From assembly GCA_023213395.1 (NCBI GenBank), contig CM041465.1, positions 227,733,741 through 227,797,740 on the forward strand: 64,000 bases of DNA, in the 5' to 3' direction. Positions 26,890-39,989 of the stretch are shown here, piece after piece. A program made the translations under genes and the position numbers. The notes beneath the pieces are model-generated. The model was not told the DNA's origin. It ran no database searches and saw only the letters and a program-made list of their open reading frames with translations. Within the stretch, counting starts at the first letter, position 1; every line of letters starts with the position of its first letter. This DNA is from Cycas panzhihuaensis. Lineage: Eukaryota > Plantae > Cycadophyta.

Positions 26890-27949
26890 ATAGTTTACCT
26901 AGGTTAGGCTAGTGAGGGAACCTATAGGGGTCCTCTTATATACCTGAGCATACATGGAGGTATAAGTCCATAGCTGGGTTCTATCTAAGACCTAGGTATT
27001 AGTATACTCTGCACTTTACTTCACACAATAACATATACCTAACTATGCTTAGTTAGTAATGATAGATCCATATTATGTTTATAGATCTCCCATAAACCAT
27101 ATAGCCTAGGAACACCCAAACTACTCATTTCTCATTGTGCATATTTCATATATATATTTGAATAAAATTTTGGACTTCTAATCTAATTAGAATGCTTATC
27201 ATATCTTTTTGGTTCACTCTAATAGGATAACACTTCAATTGTATTGGCCTCTACATTCTATTAAATACTTATATAACCATGTGAATATCCTTGAATAGTC
27301 TAATTTCTCTTCACTCATACTTGATAATAATTCTCAAATCCAAAGTCCTTTATGTTAGTCCATATTAGATTATTATCCTATTTATGGATTTAGTGGTGGG
27401 CTAATTTTTCTTTAAGTTGTATATAACTATTTGGTAAATCATATTTATATTTAAAAAAGATCATAGTTTAAAAAATAAAAGGAAGAAATACTAACTTATA
27501 TGCTCTCAACATATTAATAGGTTTATTCATAATTTATTTATAAGTTTCACCTAGTCATACATTGAATCACAAACCTTTATTTATATATATCATTAACTTC
27601 TCTATTAGTTTAATGGTGATTGGTTTCATTAGTTCCATAATGCCATTCATTACACCATAGACCTATTTGATCACATATACACAATCTTAACTTATAAGTT
27701 CAATGGTGGCTAGTTCATACTAGTTTCATATGATTATTCATTGGACTAAAGGTTAAATTGACGTACATAAAATATATATTATAAATAGATGGAGTGAGAT
27801 ACTAAAATCATCATTCTTATATGTTACATCCCAAGTCAATTTTTGTTAGGACATAGAGACCTACTTTATCACTCTATTCTCCTTATTGATTGATTCCTAA
27901 ACATTTCCATATCAATTATATTGTATTTTTAAATCATAAGTCTATTCAC

Positions 27950-28340
27950 ATGGTATTTTATATTTATATATATAAGCGAAGTCAAGGAAATCTTAGTCCT
28001 TCCATTTTTGTATGGATTACTTCATATCACACTAGCGAGGTTGTGTCTAGTGCTAGATTATTTCTTCCATCTATTATAAGTAATCTTATTAAGTATTACC
28101 ATCATTGGAGGTTTTACTAATAATTTTCATACTCATATTGCCTTAGTTATAATATTCACTAACTCACTTCTTATTACTCATCAATCAACCCAATTTTTTC
28201 AAGTATAAAATTTTATACTCTATCATGCCAAACACATAACTAGGTCATTTTTACATAGTTTTCTATTACTTCTATTATTCATGTACCTCAAGAATAGAAT
28301 GTTGAAGTAGATGTCTTGCTTAATATAATATTAACATAAT
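27950..28340 (+). pseudogene. Degenerate stand-alone RNase HI (archaeal-type aRH) of a Tat-like element
   Basis: MVFYIYIYKRSQGNLSPS...LFLPSIISN..IIGGFTN...IFTNSLLIT..FQV...IHVPQE*NVEVDVL (frameshifted). Colinear with the 60238-60669 RNase H. Confidence 0.7.
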
Positions 28341-28539
28341 AACTTCAAAATTCTCAAAAAATTTTGATAATAAAGTAGAAATTTAGTAATATTGAATGCA
28401 CTTATATAGGATATAATATTGGTGATATTCATTCTTGGTTTCACCAAGCTCTATTGCTAAGGGGATAAATGTTTCCTTAATTTTAGGCCCTTTCCCTCAA
28501 TTTGGAAGTATCAGGTATAATTCTTTCACTCTCAATAGT

Positions 28540-28558
28540 TATATATGTGTGTGTGTGT

Positions 28559-28622
<64 letters not shown>

Positions 28623-28636
28623 ATATGTATATATAT
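28540..28636. repeat. (TG)n/(TA)n microsatellite
   Basis: Read directly. Confidence 0.97.
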
Positions 28637-28857
28637 GATAACATATTACTACTTATCATTTACTTAACACTATATTTGATTACTTATATTTGCTTGTTAT
28701 TTTATTTGATATTATATATGATTGAGCATTTGCCTAGTTTGTTGCTTTACCAATATTGATATGAGATCTATTCTTTATAACACTTATTTCATTATGGATA
28801 TATAACATTATAGGTTGTTCTATTAGTTATATATATTTTCAACTACCATGAGAAAAT

Positions 28858-31800
28858 TATTAGAAAAGTAACCAAAGGATATCATAACCTAAGAACAATA
28901 AAATAGTATTATAATATTACCATTATGGACTTCAATATCAATCATTTTACATCTCACCTAGTAGGTGTATATATAGTCATGTTATGGGCATATGTAGGAT
29001 CATTTACCTTACTTATAATAAAAAATATTTGGCTTGTATGTTGATTAATCATACATGACCTTTTACTTAGCCAATTACATTGAGTGTAGATTATATTCTA
29101 ATACACCCCTATAATCCATATTTGGTTGAATATCGAGATTTTATCTAAGCTAAAATGTTTGGCTTTCGAGAATGCTTTGATGAGAATGTTTATAACTTAG
29201 CCTTTTCTCTTATAATACTAAAGTTTAATTTGTTAATTCTACATGAGTTCTTTGATGTAGTAATGTTTAATCTCAATGTGTTTTATTTTATTATGTATAA
29301 ATAGATTTTTGGTTATCTAGATTATACTTTGATTATCACAAATGATCACTGTCAATTTTTATTGAGGTTGATGTAGGTCTTTGAGAACTTTTTTGATCCA
29401 TATTACTTATCTTGCTACTAATTCAATTGGTTTGTATTTATCTTTAACTGTAGATAAAGAAATGATTGATTATTTCTTTATATTTCAAGATATTAATGTT
29501 GAACTAATATTGAATACATATTTAGAAATTAATTTTTTATCTTTAATATCATCTACATCTAAATAACTAATTAACTTAAATTCATCTAATAGAGTATACT
29601 ACAATTTATAATTCAATGTTCCATTAATGTATCTTATAATTCTTCTTACTACTTCATAATGCTCTTCTTTTGGCTTTGACATGAATCTTGAAGTTAAATT
29701 CATTATATGTGCTATGTTTGATCAAGTATTCAATATCAATATCCTATAAATTAATTATTTATCTTCAATATCACCTACTTAGTCTATATATAAATAACCA
29801 AATGACTTGAATTTATCTAATGGAGTATACTACATTCCATAATTTAGTGTTTATTAGAAAACACCAAATAGATAGGCAAGACACATGATCATTTATGTAC
29901 ATAATAGACTCGAATAGAATAAGCATATGGAACAACAAATTTGATGTGGTAAACCCTTTTGAGAAAAACCCGCCATAGAAATATATTATTACATTTTGAA
30001 ATTTTTGCATATTTATTACAATGGACTTTGATTTATATTTATAGATCATAAATGCCTCACATATTTATAATGTATTACATTCATAGGCCTAAATAATATA
30101 CCATAATATTACATCAAGGCTATTCATATAATATTACACCTTTTTTATATTAGTCAATAAGTGATATAATATCACTCTAACATCCCTTCTTACTATAAAT
30201 GTGGGGTCTTGAAGTCTTCATAGGGATTGGTCTATCTCTTTATCATTATTAATAGATCCCCCCTTAAGGATAACCTCATTGAATCTCAAATTTATACGAA
30301 ATTTGATTAAGTGATCTTCAGTAAGAGTTTTTTGAAAACATCCTCAAGTTAATCTTTACTTAGATAAAAATTTACTTATATCTTTCCTAATCTAATTTGA
30401 TCTTAGATGTAATGGTGGTATGCATCGTATGTGTATGATTCTTTGGAAGTATCTCTAACAATCCCTCTAACCATATAACTCCTCTGACATTGAGATTTAG
30501 TCCACATTACTCAGCTTATTTCCTCGACTAAACTAAGAGATTGAGCCACTTGAGCCATGCAAATCTCCTCTTTAAGTCTTCATTAAGGAATGCTAACATC
30601 TCATTCATTTTATGTGATTCTTAACTATATGAAGGTACCAAAGTAAGGATCAATTAGACCATAAATAAAATATAGATTGGTATAAATGTCTCCTCATAAT
30701 CGATTCCTTCTTTTTGTATAAAATCCTATGTATTAAGTCTTGTCAACTTGTATCTGACTAGGTTCTTTAAGGGAGGTAAGGGAACCAAATCCCACATATC
30801 ACTCCTCCTCCATTGTACCCTTCCATTACAAATCTCCTTTTGTTGGAATCATTGGTGTTTATCAAAGTTTGACTGGAATGCTTATCTTTGTTCTTCAATT
30901 ATCCTATAAATCTTTAATTATCATATTAGAGTCCTCAATGGTCTTCCTGGCCCATAATGGAACACATGGTTGTAATCTATGATTCTTCTTATAACAACTC
31001 CTTTTCATCACTCCTACTAGGTCTTGCTTCTATGTCAAACACAATGTCAAGTACATAAACCTCTATACATACTAAACTGCAGCTTAAAAAGGGAAGGAAT
31101 GAATGATAAAACTTATTTTTAGATGTCACCTAAATATGATATATCATTAACACATCTAATTTGACATCCAAACTAATCACAATGCTCTTCCCCATGTGAA
31201 TCACATAGTTTATAAGCTTTATTTCAAACCCCATATAAATACACTCTAAATTCTTGCGATCCCACTACTACAATCTTTGTCTAAGATGTGTGTAATTAAT
31301 GCATCCAAATAACTAATGAAAGGTTTTTGACTGATCTAATACAACTCAGGGGGGTGGGGGGGCATGGGGGGGTTAGTTCCATGAACAACCTTAGAAGGGG
31401 TCCCATAAAATAGCTATCACAATAGCTTCTACCAAAAGTATGGGAGGTATATCCTTACCATGTACCAAACACCTCCACATCTATATATCATAATACCATT
31501 CTTCATCTACAATATAACTTACGAGGGCTACATGGGATAACCAACTCCTATTTTATATCATAATAAAGGTAGAATTGATTTTGAGGCATTCATTATACAC
31601 CTTTCCATTCACACTTTAATTTTATCATAAATACACAATTAGATCTATATCAAACTTATTCACATATGCAAAACTATTAAACTAGCATTTGATAGGCTAT
31701 AAACCACATAGTATTATCCTTTCAACCACCTAAAGTGTAATGGTCCACTATGAACTGATAATCACTTATATAAATAGGTCACAAAAATAATAATTCTAGA

Positions 31801-34619
31801 CAACTTTCACTTTATACATCTGATGTAAAAACATTGATAATATATTGAATAAAAACACCACTTTATAATAAATAAACCATACTTTTAATAATATTGCAAT
31901 GATTAGTACCACATAATATTATTTCCTTGCCCTACAACTTAGTATCCATAAATCAAAACCCTTCTATATATCAATAACCATATATTGACATTGATAGATC
32001 ACCCTTTAATCACATCCATTTATCAATTAGTGATAATACATTACTATTGATAACAATCTTCTAATAAACTCTGTCATGGAATCACATGCAACATGAGCTT
32101 CATATTAGCAAATAGTTACTAACTAAGAGTGCCTAAAATACTCACTTCTCCACATCGCCTTATATCACCAATGAAATGTCAAAATGTATCACACAACCAT
32201 CATATCAAAAAATAAATTCTTTACTCCATATATTTATACCACTTTTTAAAAGTCATAATATATATGCCCTCATATACATCAACACACCTAATCAAAATAA
32301 ACTTCTTTGATGTCTCTCAATATCAATACAAAAATATATTAAAAATAGCCATAATTAAAGGCACCTTAATATATTAAAAACATCTTCCAAAATATGATAT
32401 CAATGGCAATATGTATTATCAAATGCAACTTTGATAAACATATGATCATGCAACATAGACAAAATCAAATACATTGGTGATTTCATATATATTATTGAAT
32501 ATACTGTATATAATTGGCAACTTCATTTCATACACAAATGGTAGTGGGCTTAATAAATTAAATGATAAAACTTTACAAATTAATTAGGCATGATTATTTC
32601 AAATGATTAAAGATATATATCAATGACATGTAATAATATATTCAACATGACTTGATAAATCTTAAGAGCTAAATGATGATTAATATTATCATGCTATTTT
32701 TTAGGTGATTTAAGTAAAATATGCACAACCAACCTTAGTAAATCGTAAATGGCAATCAAAAATATCAAAATGGCAAATGAATCAAATGTCTATGGGTGAT
32801 TAAATATTTTAATGGGGTAATGAATTTAAATCAAAATACCTGTTAGTCATATGACTCTACAACTCAAAACCCTATAGATAGGGCAATCTGTAGTGTATGC
32901 CTTAATAGCTTCAATGTAAATAATGTATTTATCTTTCATTACGATCTATAATCTATATCTAGTGATGCAACCTTCTTTCATTTGTGTGTTCTAATCTTAG
33001 GTTTAAGTGGCTCATATTATTCATGCAGATATAACCTATATCTTCTCTTTGTATGACTGTATTCATCATTTATGGTGAACACTATGCATTCTCTTCAACT
33101 TCTATAACTGACATCTCTCTTACTCGATTACTTACCATGATCAAATATCGCTCCTATTAGAAAGGATTTAAGGCAACTACATCTACACTACAATATGCTC
33201 TAGCTCTAGATTAGATCATTTACTATAGTTATGGATATGTACATCCCATACATCTCGATCTTAATCTCAGGTATTTCTCTATTATAACTACATAAGTTTC
33301 TTTTTGAAAAACTTAGTAACAATAGATAAATAGACCTAAAACCTTTAATATATTCAAAATAGATGATAACAACTAGCAACTAAGTGACTAGGGATTACAA
33401 ATTTAAAAATAGGGGGCACCAACATTTGCTTCTTACCCAGACAACTACACAAAATAAAATAACACCTTGCACTCCTCTACACACCTCCAAAGACTAATGA
33501 AACCCTATAAAACAAATAACAAAAGGCATTAGGATTTTCACACAATCATTGCACCTCCATGGCTGCTCGTTTGATTATTATTAGATAAGTTGATCCTCAA
33601 AGGGTGAGCCAACATTATTTGGTAACCAATGATTGAATAATATGCTCAATATTTAACTACTTATGCATGACCTTTTACTCTAATACCATGTTAGAAAACA
33701 CTAAATAGATAAATAAGGCATAGGATCGTTTATGTACATAATAGACTTAAATAAACCAAGCACACAAGATAATAGATTTGATGTGGAAAACCCTTTTGGA
33801 AAAAATCTACCATAGAAATATATTATTACATTTTAACAAATTTGCATGTCTATTATAATAGACTTTGATCTATATTTATAGATTATAAGTATCTCACATA
33901 TTTTAAATATATTACATCCATTAACCCAAATAATATAACATAATATTACAGAAAGAATATTTACAAAATAATACATCTCATTTATATTAGTTGGTAAGTG
34001 ATATAATATCACTCCAACAATGTTCCTTTGATGTATCTCATAATTCCTTTTGGTTCCTTGGGCATATATATAGAACAAAGTTTAATGGGGTGAAATAGAT
34101 TTATCATAAATAAGAAAGCATATTAACTTACAAAATTTGACTTTTAACAAGACTTTTATAGGTTTTCTTAAATTAATAAGCTATGGAATCCTTAATGATT
34201 AACTTTAATCATCAATAGAATATCAAGAAGTAAATAAACTAATTAAATAAATAGGTTTTTGACTTATAAAATAAGTTAAAAGTATTAACAACAACTAAAT
34301 GCCTTTAGTTGTATAAAAATTTGTTATGTCTCCTTATTTTAGCTTCTTGTCTTACCAATAGATTTAATACCATGTTAAAAAAGTAACCATAGGATACCAT
34401 AACCCAAGAACAACATAATATTACAATTATAGACTTAAATATTAATTATTTTACATCTCACCTAGTGTATGTATATGTGTATATATATATAGTCATGTTG
34501 TGGGAATATGTGGGATTATTTACCTTACTTATAACCAATAATATTTGGCCCTTATGTTGACCAATCATATGTGACTTTTTACTTAGCTAATTATACAAAA
34601 TGTGTATTATATTCCAATA
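28858..34619 (-). mobile_element. Small deleted copia derivative (~250-bp LTRs; ~1.6 kb without the nested insert)
   Basis: LTRs at 28858-29103 and 34373-34619, PBS (reverse complement) at 34362-34372, TSD AAAAT/GAAAT. Only the RT end and RNase H remain (MSKPKEEHYEVVRRIIRYINGTLNY). Confidence 0.8.
29852..34019 (-). mobile_element. Nested deleted copia element (~330-bp LTRs)
   Basis: LTRs at 29852-30182 and 33689-34019, PBS TGGTATTAGAG (reverse complement, 33678-33688), PPT at 30183-30191, TSD GTGTT/ATGTT. INT- and RH-like remnants only. Confidence 0.85.
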
Positions 34620-36164
34620 GAAATGAAATAATCTTACCATTTTCTTACTATTATTACATAATCTTATGATTTTCATTATTGTATTACTTTATAATTACTA
34701 TTGTTTTGTACTCTCTTTTAGTTCCCATGAGTGTCCCTTTTGACTTAACATGAGCTCATATTCCTTTAAGAAATTCATTTGGATCACCATGACATATTCT
34801 TATAAATATAATTAAGTATTCATGGGCTAAAAAAGAACATTGTATGAGGGAGTTATACTGCTTTTATGATTATATTTTCTCCTATTATCCTTATTTCCTA
34901 CATATTAAGGGTAATTTCATAATTATACTTAAAAACTAGTTTTTGTTTTTTTTTAAATAACTTCATAATATGAGTTAATGAGTCTTTTCTCTAATTTATT
35001 TATTATAAATACTTATTTTCATTTTAAAATCCCAGCTAGTATTTTTACTTCCTAAGGCATCAAGCTTCCTCTCTTATTTTCTAATAATCAAATGAGCATT
35101 CTCACTCTCATTTTGATTTGATTTTTGCCCTGAATTAAAGAATTATCTCATATGGATCTACTACTTTGACTATGAAAAAAATTGATAATTTTATTATATA
35201 ATTTTTGACCTATTTCTGCCATACCATATTAGATATGTTAAACATTTCATAAGTGTTACATGGGTATAGATATTACACTCAAGTCCCTTTATGGGTGTCT
35301 TTTTTGACCCATGGTTTATGTTCATTATATTATAAAACTGCAAGGCAGTATCTTGTAAAGTTATTTTTATATATTCTTATGTAATAGCACATGTAAAAGG
35401 TTGGATGAGTCTTAGATGGGTTGATGAGAGAAGATTTAGGGTTTTTATCTCCATAATTCTTTAGCTGTTACTCAGATTAATAAAATATCTATACTTAAAC
35501 TTGAATCTACTGTTGTTCTTTATTGTGTGCTTGGTTTATTTATGTTATTTGATCTTTGTATAGTTTAGAGTTCTATTAATACATTGCTTCTATGATCACA
35601 TTTTCTCTTCATACCATGTGTTACCAAATCTATAGCATAGGAGGACTTCATCTAGTTCCAACCATATAACATATTCTCATTGTATTCTCTATGATGTCAC
35701 ATCTATGATACTACATATTTCTATGTAAGTCTAATGGTATATTACATCCTTTTTTTGTTTGATTTGTAGTATTGTCCTTTTGATACCACACATTTATTAA
35801 TTTGTTTTAGTAGTATAAATTTTGATAGACTACAAATTTAGAGGTTTTCTTTAGTAGTAAGTTAATTTTTTCTCTCTTTTTTATTTGGTTTATTCTAATT
35901 ATTGAATTTATTTATTATCAATTGTCTACTATCTAAATTTTCTCACTTTGAATGCTATTATTTCCTTCTTTCTGTTGCATCGGAGGATTAAGTGGATATC
36001 ACCAAAATAAAAATAAGCTTAAAAATCTTATCCCTATTTTAAAACAACCCCTTTGCTTAGGGATAGGTATAAAATCTCTTATTAATTTAATTTAAAGTTA
36101 ACACATAACAACTACTTGTTAGTCTCTATGTGATATTTTACTATAGGAAAAGAGACAAGGATTT

Positions 36165-38507
36165 TATGATAAGCCTTCACCACATGAGAGTAGGTTAGGA
36201 GTAGGTTAGTTAGTAGGAGGTTAAGGTCAGTGAAGGTTATGAGAATTATATAATAGGTAAATAGGGGATTAGTTGGCTTAATCAATACTTATTATTTTAG
36301 GTGTAATAGATACTCCTTTTTAATTCTATTATATATCAAACTATCATTAAAATAGATAGTTATAAACTTACTAATATATGGCCATAAAATAGTGTTCATT
36401 AATCTTATTAATGTACTTAGGGCATTCAACATCCCAAATAGCATGGCCAACCACTCATATAGTCCATCCCTTATTTTAAAGAGAAGTTCACTTTGGTGCA
36501 CTTCACTTCCACCTCCTATTCCATCCACCTCCATCCATTTTTAGGTTATCTTACTCTATTTTTGTATATTATAAGGATAATAGGGGCAAGCCTATTACAT
36601 ATGGTATTAGAGCAAGGTTATTTAGCAAAGTATTTTCCCTTTCTTTCTTTGATGTAATTTTTGAAGACATTTTTAGGAGTATAAACACATAAATTTCTAA
36701 AAAGTAATAGCAAATATAAGAGAAAATAACTCATTCTACAGATTTTGAGTGGTTATACTATATGTTTTAGGGTGAAAGTGCAAAAATTAGAGTAGATTTA
36801 ATTTTGACTAACTTTCTATCACCACCTTTGGATCTAAATATGTCACATAAATTTAAAATGGACATAACTTTAACTACATGTATCCAATCAACCTCAACTA
36901 TTTTTTAATTCTATACATTTTTAAAGTCCACTTTTTAATGGAAGTGGTCTTAAGTTTGATTGAAGGTATAAGTGAAAAGTTATTACTATTTTATTAGAAG
37001 GTACTATTATAGCCTTAGAAACCTTAGAAGTAATCCTCCTTAAAATGGATATACATTTTAATATAGGTACCAAAATTTGATTCTATTTAAACCATTGGAA
37101 TCATAATTCAAAGGCCATTATTTTAAGGTATATTTTATGATTTTTAGAGATATTTTATTTTAAATATTAAATTTTAAAGTTAGGATTTTATAATTATATA
37201 ATACTTTATATTCTACTTTTGCTTTATTATAGTGGTTGTTTAGACTTCAGCTGAAATGTCATCAATCTTAAGGCTTCCATACTTCCTTCTAATCAAAATC
37301 CTCAAAAAAGAAGGAAAGAAAAATAAGAGATCCTATCATAAGGGGGCTAACATGCTATAAATACCTCCTTAGAAGAAAAGAAAAAAAAAAGTGTTTTAGC
37401 ATTCCAAATGATCTCTTAGAGTTTAAGCTTAATGGCTCCATTAATCTTAAAGAGTGGATCACTATATTCACAATATTCTACAAGGATTCACTTTATGATT
37501 ATGATGAAGAATGTTGGATATTGATTGCCACCAACTTCCTTTTGGATGATCATATCTACCAATGAGTAATAATCTAGTATTACACATGCCACTTATAAGA
37601 TTGATAGGTCTTTATTTCATGCCTTTGCTAATATATTATTGAAAAGATATCTTATTATAAACTAGATGAGGGAAAGTAATAAGAGGCTATGGATGACCAA
37701 CAAGAGTATATTGAAGCCTCTTCTCTTACAAATGATAATGTCACCTTGAAATAAACTAATGTGTTACATAAGGTGAATTTTTGGATAATAATGTCTTTTT
37801 CTCTTCCTTCATTAATGAACAAGTAGATAACATAAAAGTTGAAGAATACTTAAGCATCAAGGAGAAGCTATTTATAATTAGGTTGCACACATACTTGGGT
37901 CTTCATTTTTATCGATCCCAACATTATTATGTTGTAGGCACATTTCTTTAGTTTTAATAACCAGATAAATGAGTCACTCTTTCTTATTTCATATGATTAA
38001 TTATATAGAACTATGCATCACTCTTCAATAACAAGTTTTTTAGTAGTAATATCTCATTAACACCATGATCAAACAACTACCTATGACATTTTAATAGATT
38101 AAGGTGGTGGTCACATGCATTTTTTGTGTTAAAATGCTTCAAGGGTAAAACATCTAAGAGGGGAGGGAATGTGGTGAACCTTCATCATAGGTTAGGAGTA
38201 GATTAATTAGTATGAGCTTAAGGTTATTGAAGGTTATGCAAATTATTTAATAGGGCAATAGGCAATTGGTTGGCTTAGAGATAGAGGAATATAATATTAA
38301 GAGGAGTTAGTGTTATATATATTCCAATCCTATGCATTAAATGTTATCCTAATAAATACTTGTTCTTTTAGAAGTTCACTTTGGTATCCTTTGGTTATCT
38401 TTGGTGCACTTCACTTCCACCTCCCACTCCATCCACCTCTATCAATTATTGGGTTATCTTACTTTATTTTTATATATTGTAGGGATAACAGGGACAAGCC
38501 TATTATG
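36165..38507 (+). mobile_element. 2.3-kb non-autonomous LTR element
   Basis: LTRs at 36165-36599 and 38170-38507, PBS TGGTATTAGAGC at 36602, PPT GAGGGGAGGGAA, TSD GATTT on both sides. Weak gag-like remnant at ~37420-37560. Confidence 0.88.
36281..36480 (-). pseudogene. CRM-type gypsy RT fragment lodged in the 5' LTR
   Basis: FKIRDGLYEWLAMLFGMLNALSTLIRLMN..KFITIYFNDSLIY..EYLLHLK. Absent from the sister LTR. Confidence 0.85.
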
Positions 38508-38678
38508 GATTTAATAAGGAAGAAAATGCCCCACATATAAATCTTTATTGAATGCTTAGACTAAGTAAGTTTTATTATAAGTTTATATTTCATTTCACTT
38601 TCAATTAGTTGCATGAAGAAAGAAATAATATAATAGTGATTGGTCAATTTATTTTAGAAAATATACAAAATAGAATTG

Positions 38679-38680
<2 letters not shown>

Positions 38681-38740
<60 letters not shown>
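38681..38740. repeat. (TA)30 microsatellite
   Basis: Read directly. Confidence 0.97.
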
Positions 38741-38742
<2 letters not shown>

Positions 38743-39989
38743 CCTTTCTTTATTAAAAGTCATACAAACTTTCATCACTCATAGAAACTTATTATTTATG
38801 TGGTGATTCCTCTTTTCTATGTTTAAGTCTTTCCCTAAGTATTTCCTTATAATTTAATATGAGAGGCCCCATTAGAAATAAATAGTCTATATTTACTTCA
38901 GGAAAAAAATTATAGGCTATTAATATCTAATTAGTTATTTTTCTAAATAATAAAACTTCCTAACTATACTTGTAAAAAATCATTAATATTATATATTACT
39001 ATATTCATCAAATTTGGTATAAATTACATATAATAAAATAAGGAATTATAGTTTTTAAAAATAACCATCTTATCATAAGACACAAATTTTTAATTTAATA
39101 CATTAGGAATATTCTTCTAGTATTTATATTTATAGAAAGTGAGTCATTCCTTAATTTGTTTTTTTTTTTTTTTTTGCTTCTTTTTTACAATTATTAGATA
39201 TTTGCCCATTTTATAATTTCTCACAACTAATAATTATTTTAGTTTTCCATTCTTATCACATTTATATTGCTTTAAGTTAGTTTAATTTTGTTAATATTAG
39301 TTTCATCATCTTTTTCCAAACTTAATTAGTCATAGATCACCAATTATCTTAATGACCATTATGTTAGTTTTTTGTTTCCATGCCATATTTAGGTTTTGTT
39401 ACTCTCATTTTATATAATCATCCTTATCCTATACTCTATAGTCCTTTCCTAATTTCAAATAATTTGTTAGCATTACTTCTCTTCTCATAGTTGTTGTATG
39501 CCATGTATTATGTCTTTGTCTTTCTTCTATTTTAATTTTCCTTTCTTATTACTACCCAATTATCTTTTTTCCCATGTAATAACAATTAGGATCATGTTGT
39601 TATCCCAACCTAATTAACTCATCTTATCCTTTTTCACTTACATTGGTTCACTTATGTATTACTTCCTGAATATTTTAGTGTTACTTTCTCTTAAATATCA
39701 TGCCACTTCACCCATAAATTTCATTTCATTATTATAATAGTTAAATTTAACTAATTAAATATAGAATTTTCCTTAATTTTAAGGTCATAGAAAATATTTC
39801 AAATATCATTAAATTTAAAATAAAAATAATATATAATAAAAAATTCATAAAGGAAAATCATTTAAAAAATACCATCAACAACTTGTATTGACATTAATAA
39901 CTACTAAAAGTATATTCAATATTTAATTTAAATTATAAGTGAGAGTCAAAATAAATCAATCAAGCACTTAAGAGTACTCAATTCTATTA

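Noticed and set aside
16679-27030. Possible 5' LTR of the minus-strand gypsy, split by the young Tat element
   Set aside because: It has LTR-like composition and a TGGTAGG PBS-like sequence on the minus strand, but no partner LTR in the window to confirm it.
31348-31372. G-tract clusters as G-quadruplexes (also 8716-8737)
   Set aside because: Only three tracts each, in decayed internal regions, with no evidence of conservation.
35280-35790. Minus-strand PBS-like TGGTATCAAA (~35780) with a possible gag remnant
   Set aside because: No LTR pair or TSD could be identified; too decayed to call.
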